Positions 48,001 through 60,511 of a stretch of DNA of 64,000 nucleotides are shown here, one piece after another. A model generated the notes under the pieces. The model ran no database searches and was not told where the DNA came from. It saw nothing but the letters and a program-made list of their open reading frames with translations. Location: positions 1-64,000 of the forward strand of contig JASTWF010000244.1 of NCBI GenBank assembly GCA_030390025.1, in the 5' to 3' direction. The position numbers and the translations under genes are program-made. The DNA is from Squalus acanthias. Its lineage: Eukaryota. Within the stretch, counting starts at the first letter, position 1. Each line of letters starts with the position of its first letter.

Positions 48001-51000
48001 CGAGATGTGGGAGCCGGTGGACCCCATTGAGGCTCATGGTGATTACATCTGTGACAAGTGTCTGCTGCTACAGGAACTCCAGCTCCGTGTTGATGAGCTG
48101 GAGTCTGAGCTTCAGACACTGTGACACATCAGGGAGGGGGAGAAGTACCTGGACTCTGTGTTTCAGGAGGTGGTCACACCTATGAAGTTAATTAATTCAG
48201 ATGTAGCCCATGGTCAGGGACAGGATGGTGTGACTACGAGTGAAGCAGGTACGGGGATCCAGGAGGTAGTGTTGGAGGAGCCGCAGCCCTTGCTCTTGTC
48301 CAACAGGTTCGAGGTTCTTACTCCCTGTGGGGACAGGAGCAGGGCCTGCAGGGAGGATGAGCAACCTGGCCACAGCACCGTGGAACGGGGGGCCATTCAA
48401 GAGGGGGGAGTAAATAGAAATGTTGTAGTGGTAGGGGATAGTATTATTAGGGGGATAGATAGAGTTCTCTGCAGCCGAGAGCGAGAGTCCCGTAGGCTGT
48501 GTTGCCTGCCCGGTGCCAGGGTTAAGGAAATCTCCTCTGGGCTGGAAAGAAACTTGCAGTGGGAGGGGGTGGATCCAGTTGTCGTGGTCCATGTTGGTAC
48601 AAACGACGTAGATACGACAAGGAAGCCGGTTCTGTTAAAGGAGTATGAGCAGCTAGGGGTCAAATTAAAAAACAGAACCTCAAGGGTAATAATCTCTGGA
48701 TTATTACCTGAGCCACGAGCGAATTTGGCTGGGACAAATAAAATTAGAGAGTTAAATGAGTGGCTCAAAGACTGGTGTGGGAGAAATGGGTTTTGCTTCC
48801 TGGGACACTGGCACCAGTACTGGGGCAGGAGGGAGCTGTTCCGTTGGGACGGGCTTCACTTGGCCAGTGCTGGGACTAGAGTCCTGGCGGATCATATAAC
48901 TAGGGCTGTAGAGAGGGCTTTAAACTAACTAGTGGGGGGGAGGTTCCTAGAGAGCAAATAATAAAAATGACAACAGAGAAGGTCATAGACTTAGGTAGCA
49001 GTGGGGAAATTAAAAACCAGAGTGTGTCAGGAAGGGGCAGAAGGTATGGAGTAAAAGGTAAAGTAATAAAAAGGGCAAAAGCAGGCACTAAGTGTCACAA
49101 AACATATTTGAAAGTTCTCTATCTGAATGCACGTAGCATTCGTAACAAAATAGACGAGTTAATGGCACAAATAACTACATATGGGTATGATCTTGTGGCC
49201 ATTTCAGAAACATGGCTGCAGGGTGACAATGCCTGGGAATTAAACATACCAGGTTATTTAACGATCAGGAAGGACAGGCAGGAAGGAAGGGGAGGTGGGG
49301 TGGCTATGTTAATAAAGGAAGGAATCACTGTAATACAGAGAAATTATATTGGGTCAAAAGATCAGGATAATTAAACAGTTTGGGTGGAGATAAGGAATAA
49401 TAAGGGAAAAAAAACACTAGTGGGCGTAGTCTATAGGCCTCCGAACAGTTGCAACTCTGTTGGACGGAGTATCAATCAGGAAATAGTTGAGGCTTGTAAT
49501 AAGGGAACATCTATAATTATGGGGGATTTTAACTATCATATTAATTGGACAAATCAAATTGGGCCATGCTGCCTTGAGGATGAGTTCATTGAGTGTATTA
49601 GGGATGGGTTTCTTGAGCAGTATGTAACTGAACCGACCAGGGAGCAAGCAACCTTAGATCTGGTCCTGTGTAATGAGACAGGGTTAATTAAAAATGTCCT
49701 AGTAAAGGATCCCCTTTGAATGAGTGACCATAACATGGTTGAATTCCATATTCAATTAGAGGGTGAGAAAGTTGGATCTCAAACAAGCGTGCTAAGCTTG
49801 AATAAAGGAGACTATGAAGGTATGCGAGCGGAATAGAGTAGAGTGGATTGGGAAAATAGATTAAAGGGTAAGACGATACATGATCAGTGGTGTACATTTA
49901 AGGAGTTATTTTACAACTTCCAAAAAAAATATATTCCACTGAGAAGAAAAGGGTGTAAAAGAAAAGACAGTCATCCGTGGCTAAGTAAAGAAATTAAGGA
50001 TAGTATTCGACTAAAAACAAGGGCTTATAAGGTAGCCAAATCTAGTGGGAGGATAGAGGATTGGGAAAACTTTAAAAGACAGCAAAAAGTAACAAAAAGA
50101 TTGATTAAGAAAAGGGAGATAGATTATGAAAGTAAATTAGCAAAAAATATAAAAACAGATAGTAAGAGTTTTTATAGTTATATAAAAAGAAAATGGGTGG
50201 CTAAAGTAAATGTTGGTCCCTTAGAGGATGAGACCGGGAAATTAATGGTGGGAAATATGGAGATGGCAAATACACTGAATGAATATTTTGTATCAGTCTT
50301 TACAGTAGAGGACACTAAGGATATCCCAACACTGGACAAACAGGGGGCTATAGGGGGGGAGGAGCTAAACACGATCAAAATCACTAAGGAAGTGGTACTC
50401 GGTAAAATAATAGGACTCAAGGCGGATAAATCACCTGGACCTGATGGCTTACATCCTAGGGTCTTGAGGGAAGTGGCGGTAGGGATTGTGGATGCATTGG
50501 TAATAATTTTCCAAAACTCCCTGGACTCAGCAAAGATCCCGGCAGACTGGAAAACTGCTAATGTAACACCCTTATTTAAAAAGGGCAGTAGACAGAAGGC
50601 TGGAAACTATAGACCGGTTAGCCTAACATCTGTGGTAGGTGAAATTTTGGAGTCCATTATTAAGGAGACAGTAACGGGACATTTGGATAATCATAATTTA
50701 ATAGGACAAAGTCAGCATGGTTTTATGAAGGGGAAGTCATGTTTGACAAATTTGTTAAAGTTCTTTGAGGAAGTGAGGTGGATAAAGGGGAACCAGTGGA
50801 TGTGGTGTATTTAGACTTCCAAAAGGCATTTGACAAGGTGCCACACAAAAGATTATTGCTTAAGATAAAAAAATCACGGGATTGGGGGTAATATTCTGGC
50901 ATGGATAGAGGATTGGCTATCTAACAGAAGGCAGAAAGTTGGGATAAATGGTTCATTCCCAGACTGGCAATCAGTAACTAGTGGTGTTCCGCAGGGGTCA

Positions 51001-51323
51001 GTGCTGGGTCCCCAACTCTTTACAATCTATATTAACGATTTGGAGGAGGGGACCGAGTGTAACATATCAAAGTTTGCAGATGATACTAAGATGGGAGGGA
51101 AAGTAGTGAGTGAGGAGGACATAAAAAATCTGCAAGGGGACATAGACAGGCTAAGTAAGTGGGCAGAGATTTGGCAAATGGAATACAATACTGGAAAGTG
51201 TGAGGTGATGCACTTTGGCAGGAAAAATAGTAGAGCAAGTTATTATCTTAATGGCAAGAAACTGGAAAGTACTGAAGTACAAAGGGATCTGGGGGTCCTG
51301 GTGCACAAAACTCAAAAGGTTAG

Positions 51324-54300
51324 TGTGGTAACACAATACAGCTTCCTGTGACTCGAACTTTATTGCATCACTTCCTGTGATTAGTCCAGGATAAATACGG
51401 GACTGATCAGTTGGATCCTGGAGAGGCATAGAGTAAGACCTCTTTTGTATGTAGCACCTTTTTAGTTGATTAAAGCTTACTTTAAGTTCACCACGCGTAA
51501 GGCTCATTCTTACGACAATTTAATCAACTTTGAAAAACTTCGCACTCAAACTTTTTGGACGAACTCGGAACTAAGGATCCAGGGAATCACCCATCATGGA
51601 AAACATCCTTAAACCATCGCGTCTTGACTTGGACCCAAACACCCCAGCAGCCGGTAAGGTGTGGAATCACTGGTATCGCACGTTTGACAATTTTCTCGAA
51701 TATTGCAAGGCTGATGATGACACAAAGTTGCGGATACTCATCAACTGTGTCACTCCGAATGTATTTCAGTATGTTGAGGAATGGGGCAGTTACGAGGAGG
51801 CAATTCGGACGCTTAAAAGACTATATACTAAGACACCGAATGAGGTCTATGCCAGACATCATCTAGCTACAGCCCAACAAGGGCCGGAGGAATCCATTGA
51901 TAAATTCCTCCAAGAGCTTCGCAGACTTAGTATGGACTGTAACTTTCAGGCGGCCTCAGCTGAGCTGTACCGTGAAGAAATGATCCGTGATGCTTTCATC
52001 TGCGGGCTTGCCTCCCCATTTATACGCCAGCGTCTACTGGAAAGTAAGACACTTGAGCTTCAGAGAGCTTATGACATGGCTTGCTCTCTAGATCTGGCAA
52101 AAAGAAATGCAGACCTTTATACAGTGCCCAGACCTCGGTCTGCTGCCTTAACTACAGTCAGGCAATTTAAGAGGCCACAGGTGAACTCTATTAGGGAGGA
52201 CTTTATCCCTGACGATCAATCTGATGACTTCACTGATGAAGAGGATGATGACCCCACTGTGGCAGCCTCTTGGCAATCTAAGAAATGCTTCTTTTGTGGT
52301 GATGAGTTTCACCCTCGGAAATTCTGCCCTGCTCGCAATGCGTTTTGCAGTCATTGCAACAAAAAGGGTAATTTTGCAAAGGTTTGCCTATCAAGAGCCT
52401 CTACGAGGGCTTATCAAGCTAAGTCCTACCGAACTGCCCCGGTAAGGGCCTATCAAGATGTTCCGGCTAAAATCTATCGTGCTTCCTCTCGGGTTTTCTC
52501 TCGAAGAAACACACCTAGAGTTTCAGCCACTCTTTGTGCAACGACACCAATTACAGCTGCTTGTCCTCAGAACCTATTCCATGCAGCTACAAAAGCATCA
52601 ATTAATGGACATACTTTAGATGCCTTAATTGACTCAGGTAGCACTGATAGTTTCATTAGGGAACAGATTGTTGCAGAGTTAAAGCTACATGTTTTCCCAT
52701 CGGACCAGGCAATTGCGATGGCTCAGTCATCACTTAATACCAGAATTTCTGGCTTTTGTATGGTTGAAATAACACTTAATGGTCACAGGTATCCCTCCAC
52801 CCGGCTTTCGGTGCTCAAGGACTTATGTAGTGATCTTATCTTAGGACTGGATTTTCAAAAGCAGCATAAGAAGCTCACCATTGAGTTCGGCGGATCCAAA
52901 CCTGAACTCACTATTTCTAATATACGACCTCGATTACCGTTCTGTGCATTGTCAGCAGCTTCACTGGATGAACCCTCACTGTTTACCAGTATCCCTCCTC
53001 GATGCAAACCGATTATAACAAAGTCACGACGTTTCAGTCAGGAAGACCAGTCTTTTATTGCGGCTGAGATTTCTCGGCTTTTAGCAGAGGATATCATCGA
53101 GCCTTGTTCGTCGCCATGGCGCGCCCAGGTCGTTATTGTTAAGAACCCTCTACAACCTCACAAGAAACGGCTGTGCATTGACTATTCACAGACCATCAAT
53201 CAATATACGGACTTGGACGCATACCCATTGCCGCGCATCGATGATATGGTTAATAAACTGGCTGAGTACACGGTGTTCTCAACATATGATCTGAAAAGTG
53301 CCTATCATCAGGTACCCTTGAAGGTCTCAGACAAGCAGTATACGGCCTTTGAAGCCAATGGACAGCTGTATCAATTTCGTCGCCTCCCCTTTGGGGTCAC
53401 TAATGGAGTGGCTGTCTTCCAGCGAGCAATGGATGACCTGGTCAAACAGGAAGACTTGAAGGATACGTTTCCTTATCTGGACAATATTACTGTCGCAGGT
53501 CGCAATCAGCGGGAACATGACGCCAATCTCCAACGATTTTGGGATGCACTCCAGCACCGTAATTTGACATTAAATGCGGCTAAATCCATTGAGTCACAAC
53601 CAACCATCAACATCCTTGGCTATTGTGTGGGCAATGGCATCATTAAACCTGACCCTGAAAGGCTTCGCCCACTCCAAGAGCTCCCGCCACCTAAGAATCC
53701 GGCCTCCTTGCGCCGGGCCCTCGGCCTGTTTGCATACTATGCTAAATGGATTCCTAACTTCTCGGACCGAATCCAACCTCTACTGAAGGCCAGCACATTC
53801 CCACTAGACACAGCGGCTGTTGCAGCCTTTAACCTCCTGAAAAAACAGTTGGAGAAAGCGGCTCTTCACTCCATCGATGAGAGTCTTCCTTTTGTTGTTG
53901 AGTGTGATGCCTCGGAGGTGGCGATCTCGGCCACTCTGAATCAGGAAGGTCGTCCGGTGGCATTTTTGTCCAGGACTTTTCAAGGGGCTGAGCTACATTA
54001 TCCTCCAGTCGAGAAAGAAGCTACAGCCATCATAGAGGCAGTACGGAAGTGGACTCATCTCCTAGCTCGCCAGCACTTTAGCTTAATCACGGACCAGCGA
54101 TCGGTCGCCTTCATGCTCGATAATCGAAAACGGACCAAAATTAAAAATAATAAAATCCAGCTTTGGCGGCTGGAATTGGCCTCTTTTGGTTACACCATCC
54201 ACTATCGACCTGGCAAGGAGAATGTGGCTCCAGATACCCTCACACGAGCATTCTGCTCCGCCATGGCACCCTCTACGCTCGTAGACATCCATGATGGGTT

Positions 54301-55764
54301 GTGTCATCCGGGCGTCACTCGCATGCTACACTTCGTGCGGTCCCGAAATCTCCCATTCTCTACCGGGGATGTAAAGAAGATGTGCTCGGACTGCAGAGTC
54401 TGTGCGGAATTGAAACCTCAGTTTTTCCGCCCCTCGGGTGGTATACTCATACATGCGACCCAGCCAATGCAACGGCTTAGCATCGATTTTAAGGGGCCGT
54501 TGCCCTCTTCAACTCGCAACACTTATCTATTGACCATGGTCGATGAGTATTCCCGTTTTCCGTTTGCCTTTCCCTGCCCCAATATGCTGACGACCACGGT
54601 TATCAGCTGCCTTGAGCAGGTATTTGCTTTCTGTGGCATGGCATCCTATGTTCATTCGGATCGGGGCCCTTCTTTTATGTCAGGAGAACTCAAGGCCTAT
54701 CTCTCGGAACGGGGTATTGCTGCCAGCAGAACGACGCCTTATCATCCGGTCGGGAATGGGCAAGTCGAGCGTTTTAACGCTATCATCTGGAATGCGGTAC
54801 GTCTGGCTTTGAGATCTCGGGGCCTACCCAACCAGCAATGGGAAGCAGTACTTCCAGACGCATTACACTCCACACGGTCCCTCCTTTCGACCGCCACAAA
54901 TACGACACCTCAAGAACGGTTCTTCCGATTTCAGCGTCGCTCATCCGATGGGATATCTCTCCCGTCGTGGCTGACTGCACCGGGACCAGTGCTACTCCGA
55001 AGATATGTCCGGGCGTCTAAGAATGACCCCCTGGTAGATGAGGTTGAGCTCACTGACGTCAACCCTACCTACGCCTATATTCGGTATCCTGACGGTCGGG
55101 AATCTACTGTGTCATTGCGGGATCTGGCTCCCTGCCCGCCGAAACATAGAGGGACACCAGGGGATGATATTGTACCAGGCACATCTCTGGGCTCGCCAGG
55201 TGCCTCTCATCACGATCTGGATCTGACGCCGGCTTGTACCTCACTCCAGCGTGCCGACCTGGGGCAGACTGAATATGAGCCCGTCGGGGCTCGCACGCGC
55301 AGCCACGATCCACCCCGTACCATACGCTCGGAAACGGATCTGCCACAGCCCTGCCCGACACCCGTTCGGGCACCAGTACACAGTCAGGATCGTCCTGACC
55401 CCTCACAGAGCGGGCTGGATCACTCGGACTCTGGTCCACGGCCCGCGGTGGGTAAACGGGCTAGGGGCCCTCTACCGCTACGAGAACCCAAACGGGTGCG
55501 GCTCTCCCTCGTCCGGCGGCTACGAAATGGAGGGAGCATCCCGGCCTCCTAATCTTTTTGGGGGGGAGAATGTGGTAACACAATACAGCTTCCTGTGACT
55601 CGAACTTTATTGCATCACTTCCTGTGATTAGTCCAGGATAAATACGGGACTGATCAGTTGGATCCTGGAGAGGCATAGAGTATGACCTCTTTTGTATATA
55701 GCACCTTTTTAGTTGATTAAAGCTTACTTTAAGTTCACCACACGTAAGGCTCATTCTTACGACA
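51324..55764 (+). mobile_element. Full-length Gypsy LTR retrotransposon (copy 3)
   Basis: 194-bp LTRs at 51324-51517 and 55571-55764 (3 mismatches seen), GTTAG TSD. Inserted in CR1 ORF2. Confidence 0.97.
51596..55552 (+). CDS. Gag-Pol polyprotein, 1318 aa
   Basis: Near-identical to 22359-26315, uninterrupted. Confidence 0.95.
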   Translation: MENILKPSRLDLDPNTPAAGKVWNHWYRTFDNFLEYCKADDDTKLRILINCVTPNVFQYVEEWGSYEEAIRTLKRLYTKTPNEVYARHHLATAQQGPEESIDKFLQELRRLSMDCNFQAASAELYREEMIRDAFICGLASPFIRQRLLESKTLELQRAYDMACSLDLAKRNADLYTVPRPRSAALTTVRQFKRPQVNSIREDFIPDDQSDDFTDEEDDDPTVAASWQSKKCFFCGDEFHPRKFCPARNAFCSHCNKKGNFAKVCLSRASTRAYQAKSYRTAPVRAYQDVPAKIYRASSRVFSRRNTPRVSATLCATTPITAACPQNLFHAATKASINGHTLDALIDSGSTDSFIREQIVAELKLHVFPSDQAIAMAQSSLNTRISGFCMVEITLNGHRYPSTRLSVLKDLCSDLILGLDFQKQHKKLTIEFGGSKPELTISNIRPRLPFCALSAASLDEPSLFTSIPPRCKPIITKSRRFSQEDQSFIAAEISRLLAEDIIEPCSSPWRAQVVIVKNPLQPHKKRLCIDYSQTINQYTDLDAYPLPRIDDMVNKLAEYTVFSTYDLKSAYHQVPLKVSDKQYTAFEANGQLYQFRRLPFGVTNGVAVFQRAMDDLVKQEDLKDTFPYLDNITVAGRNQREHDANLQRFWDALQHRNLTLNAAKSIESQPTINILGYCVGNGIIKPDPERLRPLQELPPPKNPASLRRALGLFAYYAKWIPNFSDRIQPLLKASTFPLDTAAVAAFNLLKKQLEKAALHSIDESLPFVVECDASEVAISATLNQEGRPVAFLSRTFQGAELHYPPVEKEATAIIEAVRKWTHLLARQHFSLITDQRSVAFMLDNRKRTKIKNNKIQLWRLELASFGYTIHYRPGKENVAPDTLTRAFCSAMAPSTLVDIHDGLCHPGVTRMLHFVRSRNLPFSTGDVKKMCSDCRVCAELKPQFFRPSGGILIHATQPMQRLSIDFKGPLPSSTRNTYLLTMVDEYSRFPFAFPCPNMLTTTVISCLEQVFAFCGMASYVHSDRGPSFMSGELKAYLSERGIAASRTTPYHPVGNGQVERFNAIIWNAVRLALRSRGLPNQQWEAVLPDALHSTRSLLSTATNTTPQERFFRFQRRSSDGISLPSWLTAPGPVLLRRYVRASKNDPLVDEVELTDVNPTYAYIRYPDGRESTVSLRDLAPCPPKHRGTPGDDIVPGTSLGSPGASHHDLDLTPACTSLQRADLGQTEYEPVGARTRSHDPPRTIRSETDLPQPCPTPVRAPVHSQDRPDPSQSGLDHSDSGPRPAVGKRARGPLPLREPKRVRLSLVRRLRNGGSIPAS

Positions 55765-58700
55765 GTTAGTATGCAGGTGCAGCAAGTGATTAAGAAGGCC
55801 AATGGAATGTTGGCTTTCACTGCTAGGGGGGTAGAATATAAAAATAGGGAGGTATAGCTTCAGTTGTGCAAGGTATTGGTGAGACCGCACCTGGAATACT
55901 GCATACAGTTTTGGTGTCCATACTTAAGAAAAGACATACTTGCTCTCGAGTCAGTGCAAAGAAGGTTCACTCAGTTAATCCCAGGGATGAGGGGATGGAC
56001 ATATGAGGAGAGGTTGGGTAGATTGGGACTCCACTCATTGGAGTTCAGAAGAATGAGAGGCGATCTTATTGAAACATATAAGATTGTGAAGGGGTTGGAT
56101 CGGGTGGATGCGGGGAGGATGTTTCCGATGATGGGTGAAACTAGAACTAGGGGGCATAGTCTTAGAATAAGGGGCTGCTCTTTCAAAACTGAGATGAGAA
56201 GGAACTACTTCACTCAGAGGGTGGTAGGTCCATGGAATATGCTGCCACAAAAAGCTGTAGAAGCTACATCATTACATAAATTTAAAACAGAAATAGACAG
56301 TTTCCTAGAAGTAAAGGGAATTAAGGGTTACGGGGAGCGGGCAGGAATTTGGACATGAGTCTAGGTTCGGATCGGTCATGGCCCTGTGGGTAGCGTAGCA
56401 GGCCCAGGGGCCGTGTAGCCTGATCCTGGTCCTATTTCGTGTGTCCAATTCTGTTAGGTTCAGGAGACGGTTCTGTGATTGTAGATTGGCGGTTAGGATC
56501 AGATCAGCCATGATCTTATTGAATGGCGGAGCAGGCTCGAGGGGACAATTGGCCTACTCCTGCTCCTATTTCTTATGTTCTTATGATGTGGACTCTGTAT
56601 GGGTAGAGCTGAGAAATACCATGGGGCAGAAAACGTTAGTGGGAGTTGTATACAGCCCCCCAAACAGTAATGTTGAGGTTGGGGATGGCATTAAACGGGA
56701 AATTAGAGATGCGTGCAATAAGGGCACAGCAGTTATCATGGGTGACTTTAATCTACATATAGATTGGGCTAACCAAATTAGTAACAATACTGTGGAGGAG
56801 GAATTCCTAGAGTGTATACGGCTTGGTTTCCTGGACCAATATGTCGAGGAACCAACTGGAGATCAGGCCATCTTAGACTGGGTATTATGTAATGAGAAAG
56901 GATTAATTAGCAATCTTGTTAGGCGAGGCCTCTTGGGGAGGAGCGATCACAATATGATAGAATTCTTCATTAAGATGGAGAGTGAAGTAGTTGACTCAGA
57001 GACCAGGGTCCTGAATTTAAATAAAGGAAACTACGATGGTATGAGGCGCGAGTTGGCTAGGATGGATTGGGGAATGTTACTTAAAGGGTTGACGGTGGAT
57101 AGGCAATGGCAAACATTTAAAGATCGCATGGATGAACTACAGAATTTGTTCATCCTGTTTGGCATAAAAATAAAACAAAAAAGGTGACTCAACCGTGGCT
57201 AACAAGGGAAATTAGGGATAGCATAAAATCCAAGGAGAGGACATACAATTGGCCAGAAAAAGCAGCAAACCTGAGGATTGGGAGCAGTTTAGGATTCAGC
57301 AAAGGAGGACATAGGGATTAATTAAGAGGGGGGAAATAGAGTATGAGAGTAAGCTTTCAGGGAACATAAAAACTGACTGTAAAAGCTTCTATAGATATGT
57401 GAAGAGAAAAAGATTGGTGAAGTCAAGTGCAGGTCCCTTGCAGTCAGAATCAGGGGAATTTATAATGGGGAACAAAGAAATGGCAGACCAATTAAATACA
57501 TACTTTGGTTCTGTCTTCACAAAGGAGGACACAAATAACCTCCCAGAGATGTCGGGGAACAGAGGGTCTAATGAGAGGGAGGAACTGAATGAAATCAGTA
57601 TTTGTAGGGAAATGGTGTTAGGGAAATTGACGGGATTGAAGGCTGATAAATCCCCAGCGCCTGATAATCTACATCCTAGGGTACTTAAGGAAGTGGCCCT
57701 AGAAATAGTAGATGCATTGCTGGTCATCTTCCAAAATTTTATAGACTCTGGAACAATTCCCATGGATTGGAGGGTAGCTAATGTAACCCCACTATTTAAA
57801 AAAGGTGGTAGAGAGAAAACAGGGAATTATAGACCGGTAAGCCTGACATCGGTAGTGGGGAAAATGCTAGAGTCCATTATAAAAGATGTAATAGCAGAGC
57901 ACTTGGAAAACAGTGACAGGATCTGACAAAGTCAACATGGATTTACAAAAGGTAAATCATGCTTGACTAATCTACTGAAATTTTTTGAGGATGTAACTGG
58001 TAGAATAGATAAGGGAGAACCAGTGGATGTGGTGTATTTGGACTTTCAGAAGGCTTTCGATAAGGCTCCGCATAAGAGAATAGCGTGCAAAGTTAAAGCA
58101 CATGGGATTGGGGGTAAGGTACTGACTTGGATAGAGAACTGGTTGGCAGACAGGAAGCAAAGAGTTGGAATAAACGGGTCTTTTTCCGAATGGCAGGCAG
58201 TGACTAGTGGGGTACTGCAGGGATCGGTGCTAGGACCCCAGCTATTCACAATATATATTAATGATCTAGACGAGGGAACTAGATGTAATATCTCCAAGTT
58301 TACAGACGACACAAAGCTGGGTGCGCATATGTGCTGTGAGGAGGATGCAGAGAAAGTCCAGTATGATTTGGACAGGTTGGGTGATTGGGCAGATGCATGG
58401 CAGATGCAGTATAATGTGGATAAATGCGAGGTTATGCACTTTGGTGGCAAAAATAGGAAGGCAGATTATTATCTGAACGGTAATAGATTGGGAAAAGGGG
58501 AAGTGCAACGAGATGGGTGTCCTTGTGCACCAATCGGTGAAGGTAAGCATGCAGGTGCAGCAGGCAGTTAAGAAGGAAAATGGTATGTTGGCCTTCATAG
58601 CGAGAGGATTCGAGCACAGGAGCAAGGATGTCTTGCTGCAGTTGTACAGGGCCTTGGTAAGACCACACCTTGAGTATTGTGTGCAGTTTTGGTCGCCTTA

Positions 58701-59359
58701 TCTGAGGAAGGATGTTCTTGCCATGGAGGGGATGCAGCAAAGATTCACCAGACTGATACCTGGGATGGCAGGAATGATGTATGAAGAGAGATTGGGTCGG
58801 TTAGGCTTATATTCGCTGGAGTTTACAAGAATGAGAGGGGATCTCATTGAAACTTATAAAATTCTAACAGGACTAGACAGACTAGATGCAGGAAGGATGT
58901 TCCCGATGGCGGGGGAGTCCAGAACCAGGGGTCGCAGTCTAAGGATAAGGGGTAAGCCATTTAGGACTAAGATGAGGAGGAATTTCTTCACCCAGAGAGT
59001 GGTGAACCTGTGGAATTCTCTACCACACAAGGCAGTTGAGGCCAATTCATTAAATATATTCAAGAAGGAGTTAGATATATTTCTTAAGGCTAAAGGGATC
59101 AAGGGATATGGGGAGAAAGCAGGGACAGGGTAGTGAATTTGGATGATCAGCCATGATCTCATTAAATGGCGGAACAGGCTCGAGGGGCCGAATGGCCTAC
59201 TCCTGCTCCTATCTTCTATGTTTCTATGTAATGCCATCTGTAGACTCTAAATCATAGAAAATTCAGACAGCAAAATAATATTTTCTTGCTCTTATTAACT
59301 CGTAAAAATTCTTTCAGTTTAAATAAGCGATTTCTTTGTTTTGTTTTTCTTTCCCAAAG

Positions 59360-59740
59360 TGCCACCAAAGATTTCAAACATTGTGGTGCCACCTCACACC
59401 AATCATAATGAGTCTGTGGCCTTGGCTTGTCCAATCAATGGATTTAAACCAAGACCATTAAGTATCAAATGGCAACAAATCGGAAAGAATAATGATTTGA
59501 AAGAAATCGTTGCGCTGGATAAGGACAGCAGAACAATCTATCCTAGTGACAAAGGGAAGAAGTCCAAGTATCACCATTCCATCAGTGAGATGGAGTGTGA
59601 CGACAAAACATACAACATCACCAGTGTACTAGTTATTGTGCCAGATATACTGCAAGACCAGGACACGAAGTTCATCTGTAAGGTACAGCATGAGTGCACC
59701 GGCAGTGACCAACAGAGAGAAATAATTCTAAAGATTAGAG
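59360..59740 (+). CDS. Exon B3: intact copy of exon B
   Basis: 381 bp, same splice sites as B1, both canonical Cys retained. Confidence 0.78.
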
Positions 59741-60199
59741 GTATGTAATATTTTTGACAATACCTTGTATAGAACAATGGATTACATTTTGTTTCCAGAT
59801 ACTGTTTCCTTGTTTTTTGTAATGCAACAAAATTGCTAATTTTGTTTGGCAAATCCTGTGAAGAGTGACATGTCCTCAGCGCTGTATTTCTTTAATAACT
59901 CCTTGAAGACAGTGATACTTTTACAAGGGAAGTATTCAGAATGCATCCAAGAATATTCAGAACTCAAATATTTAATGGGGAAACATATTAGCTGATTACC
60001 TTGGAGTCACTGATTTAAATGAGCTTGTTGTGTAACTTTTTATTTTATCCTTGGGTCTTATTTCAATATTTTCAGAACACAATGGATTAAATGTTCTGGT
60101 CATTGGCTGTGGATAGGCAGAGAATCTAGTCCACAATATCTCTAATCTGCTTGTGTTAAAGCCTGCGGTAATTTTCTTTTTGTGTGTTTTTTTTTTCAG

Positions 60200-60511
60200 C
60201 CACTCCAAAACTGGACCCAATAAAGTATGAAGCAGAAAAACTAGTTGCTAAAGAGGCTGCGACTTTAAACTGTCGAATACATTCTTTTTACCCCAGTGAA
60301 ATCACAGTTACATGGCTCAAAAATGGTAAGAAAATGACAGAAAAATCCAAAGTTAGTGCGGCAACTCTGGGAAAGGATGGACTCTATTACTTGACAAGTA
60401 GTGTGAAGATTGGACCTACCAGAGCTGATGTTGAGAAGAAATACACATGCCAAGTAGAACATGAGAGCCTAACAGAGCCAGTGGAAGCTGACTGGGTACT
60501 CGGTCAACTGG
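60200..60511 (+). CDS. Exon C3: copy of exon C with 5 extra codons (KLVAK)
   Basis: 312 bp, intact AG/GT, open frame. Confidence 0.78.

Larger units (their letters stand above)
47424..56585 (+). mobile_element. Near full-length CR1 LINE (family B), hosting Gypsy copy 3
   Basis: 5'UTR with a duplicated ~40-bp motif (47431, 47708). ORF1 from ATG 47975 (zinc finger CxC..CxxC, one internal stop, GDSIIRG esterase). Decayed ORF2; tail TTCTTATGTTCTTATG. Confidence 0.92.
46081..59227 (+). mobile_element. CR1 LINE (family A), split by nested CR1-B
   Basis: ORF1 esterase-like (EDSIIRG, VHIGTND) and ORF2 start at 46081-47423, resuming at ~56586 (DVDSVWVEL). Ends in the CTATGTTTCTATG tail; several stops and frameshifts. 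Confidence 0.92.
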
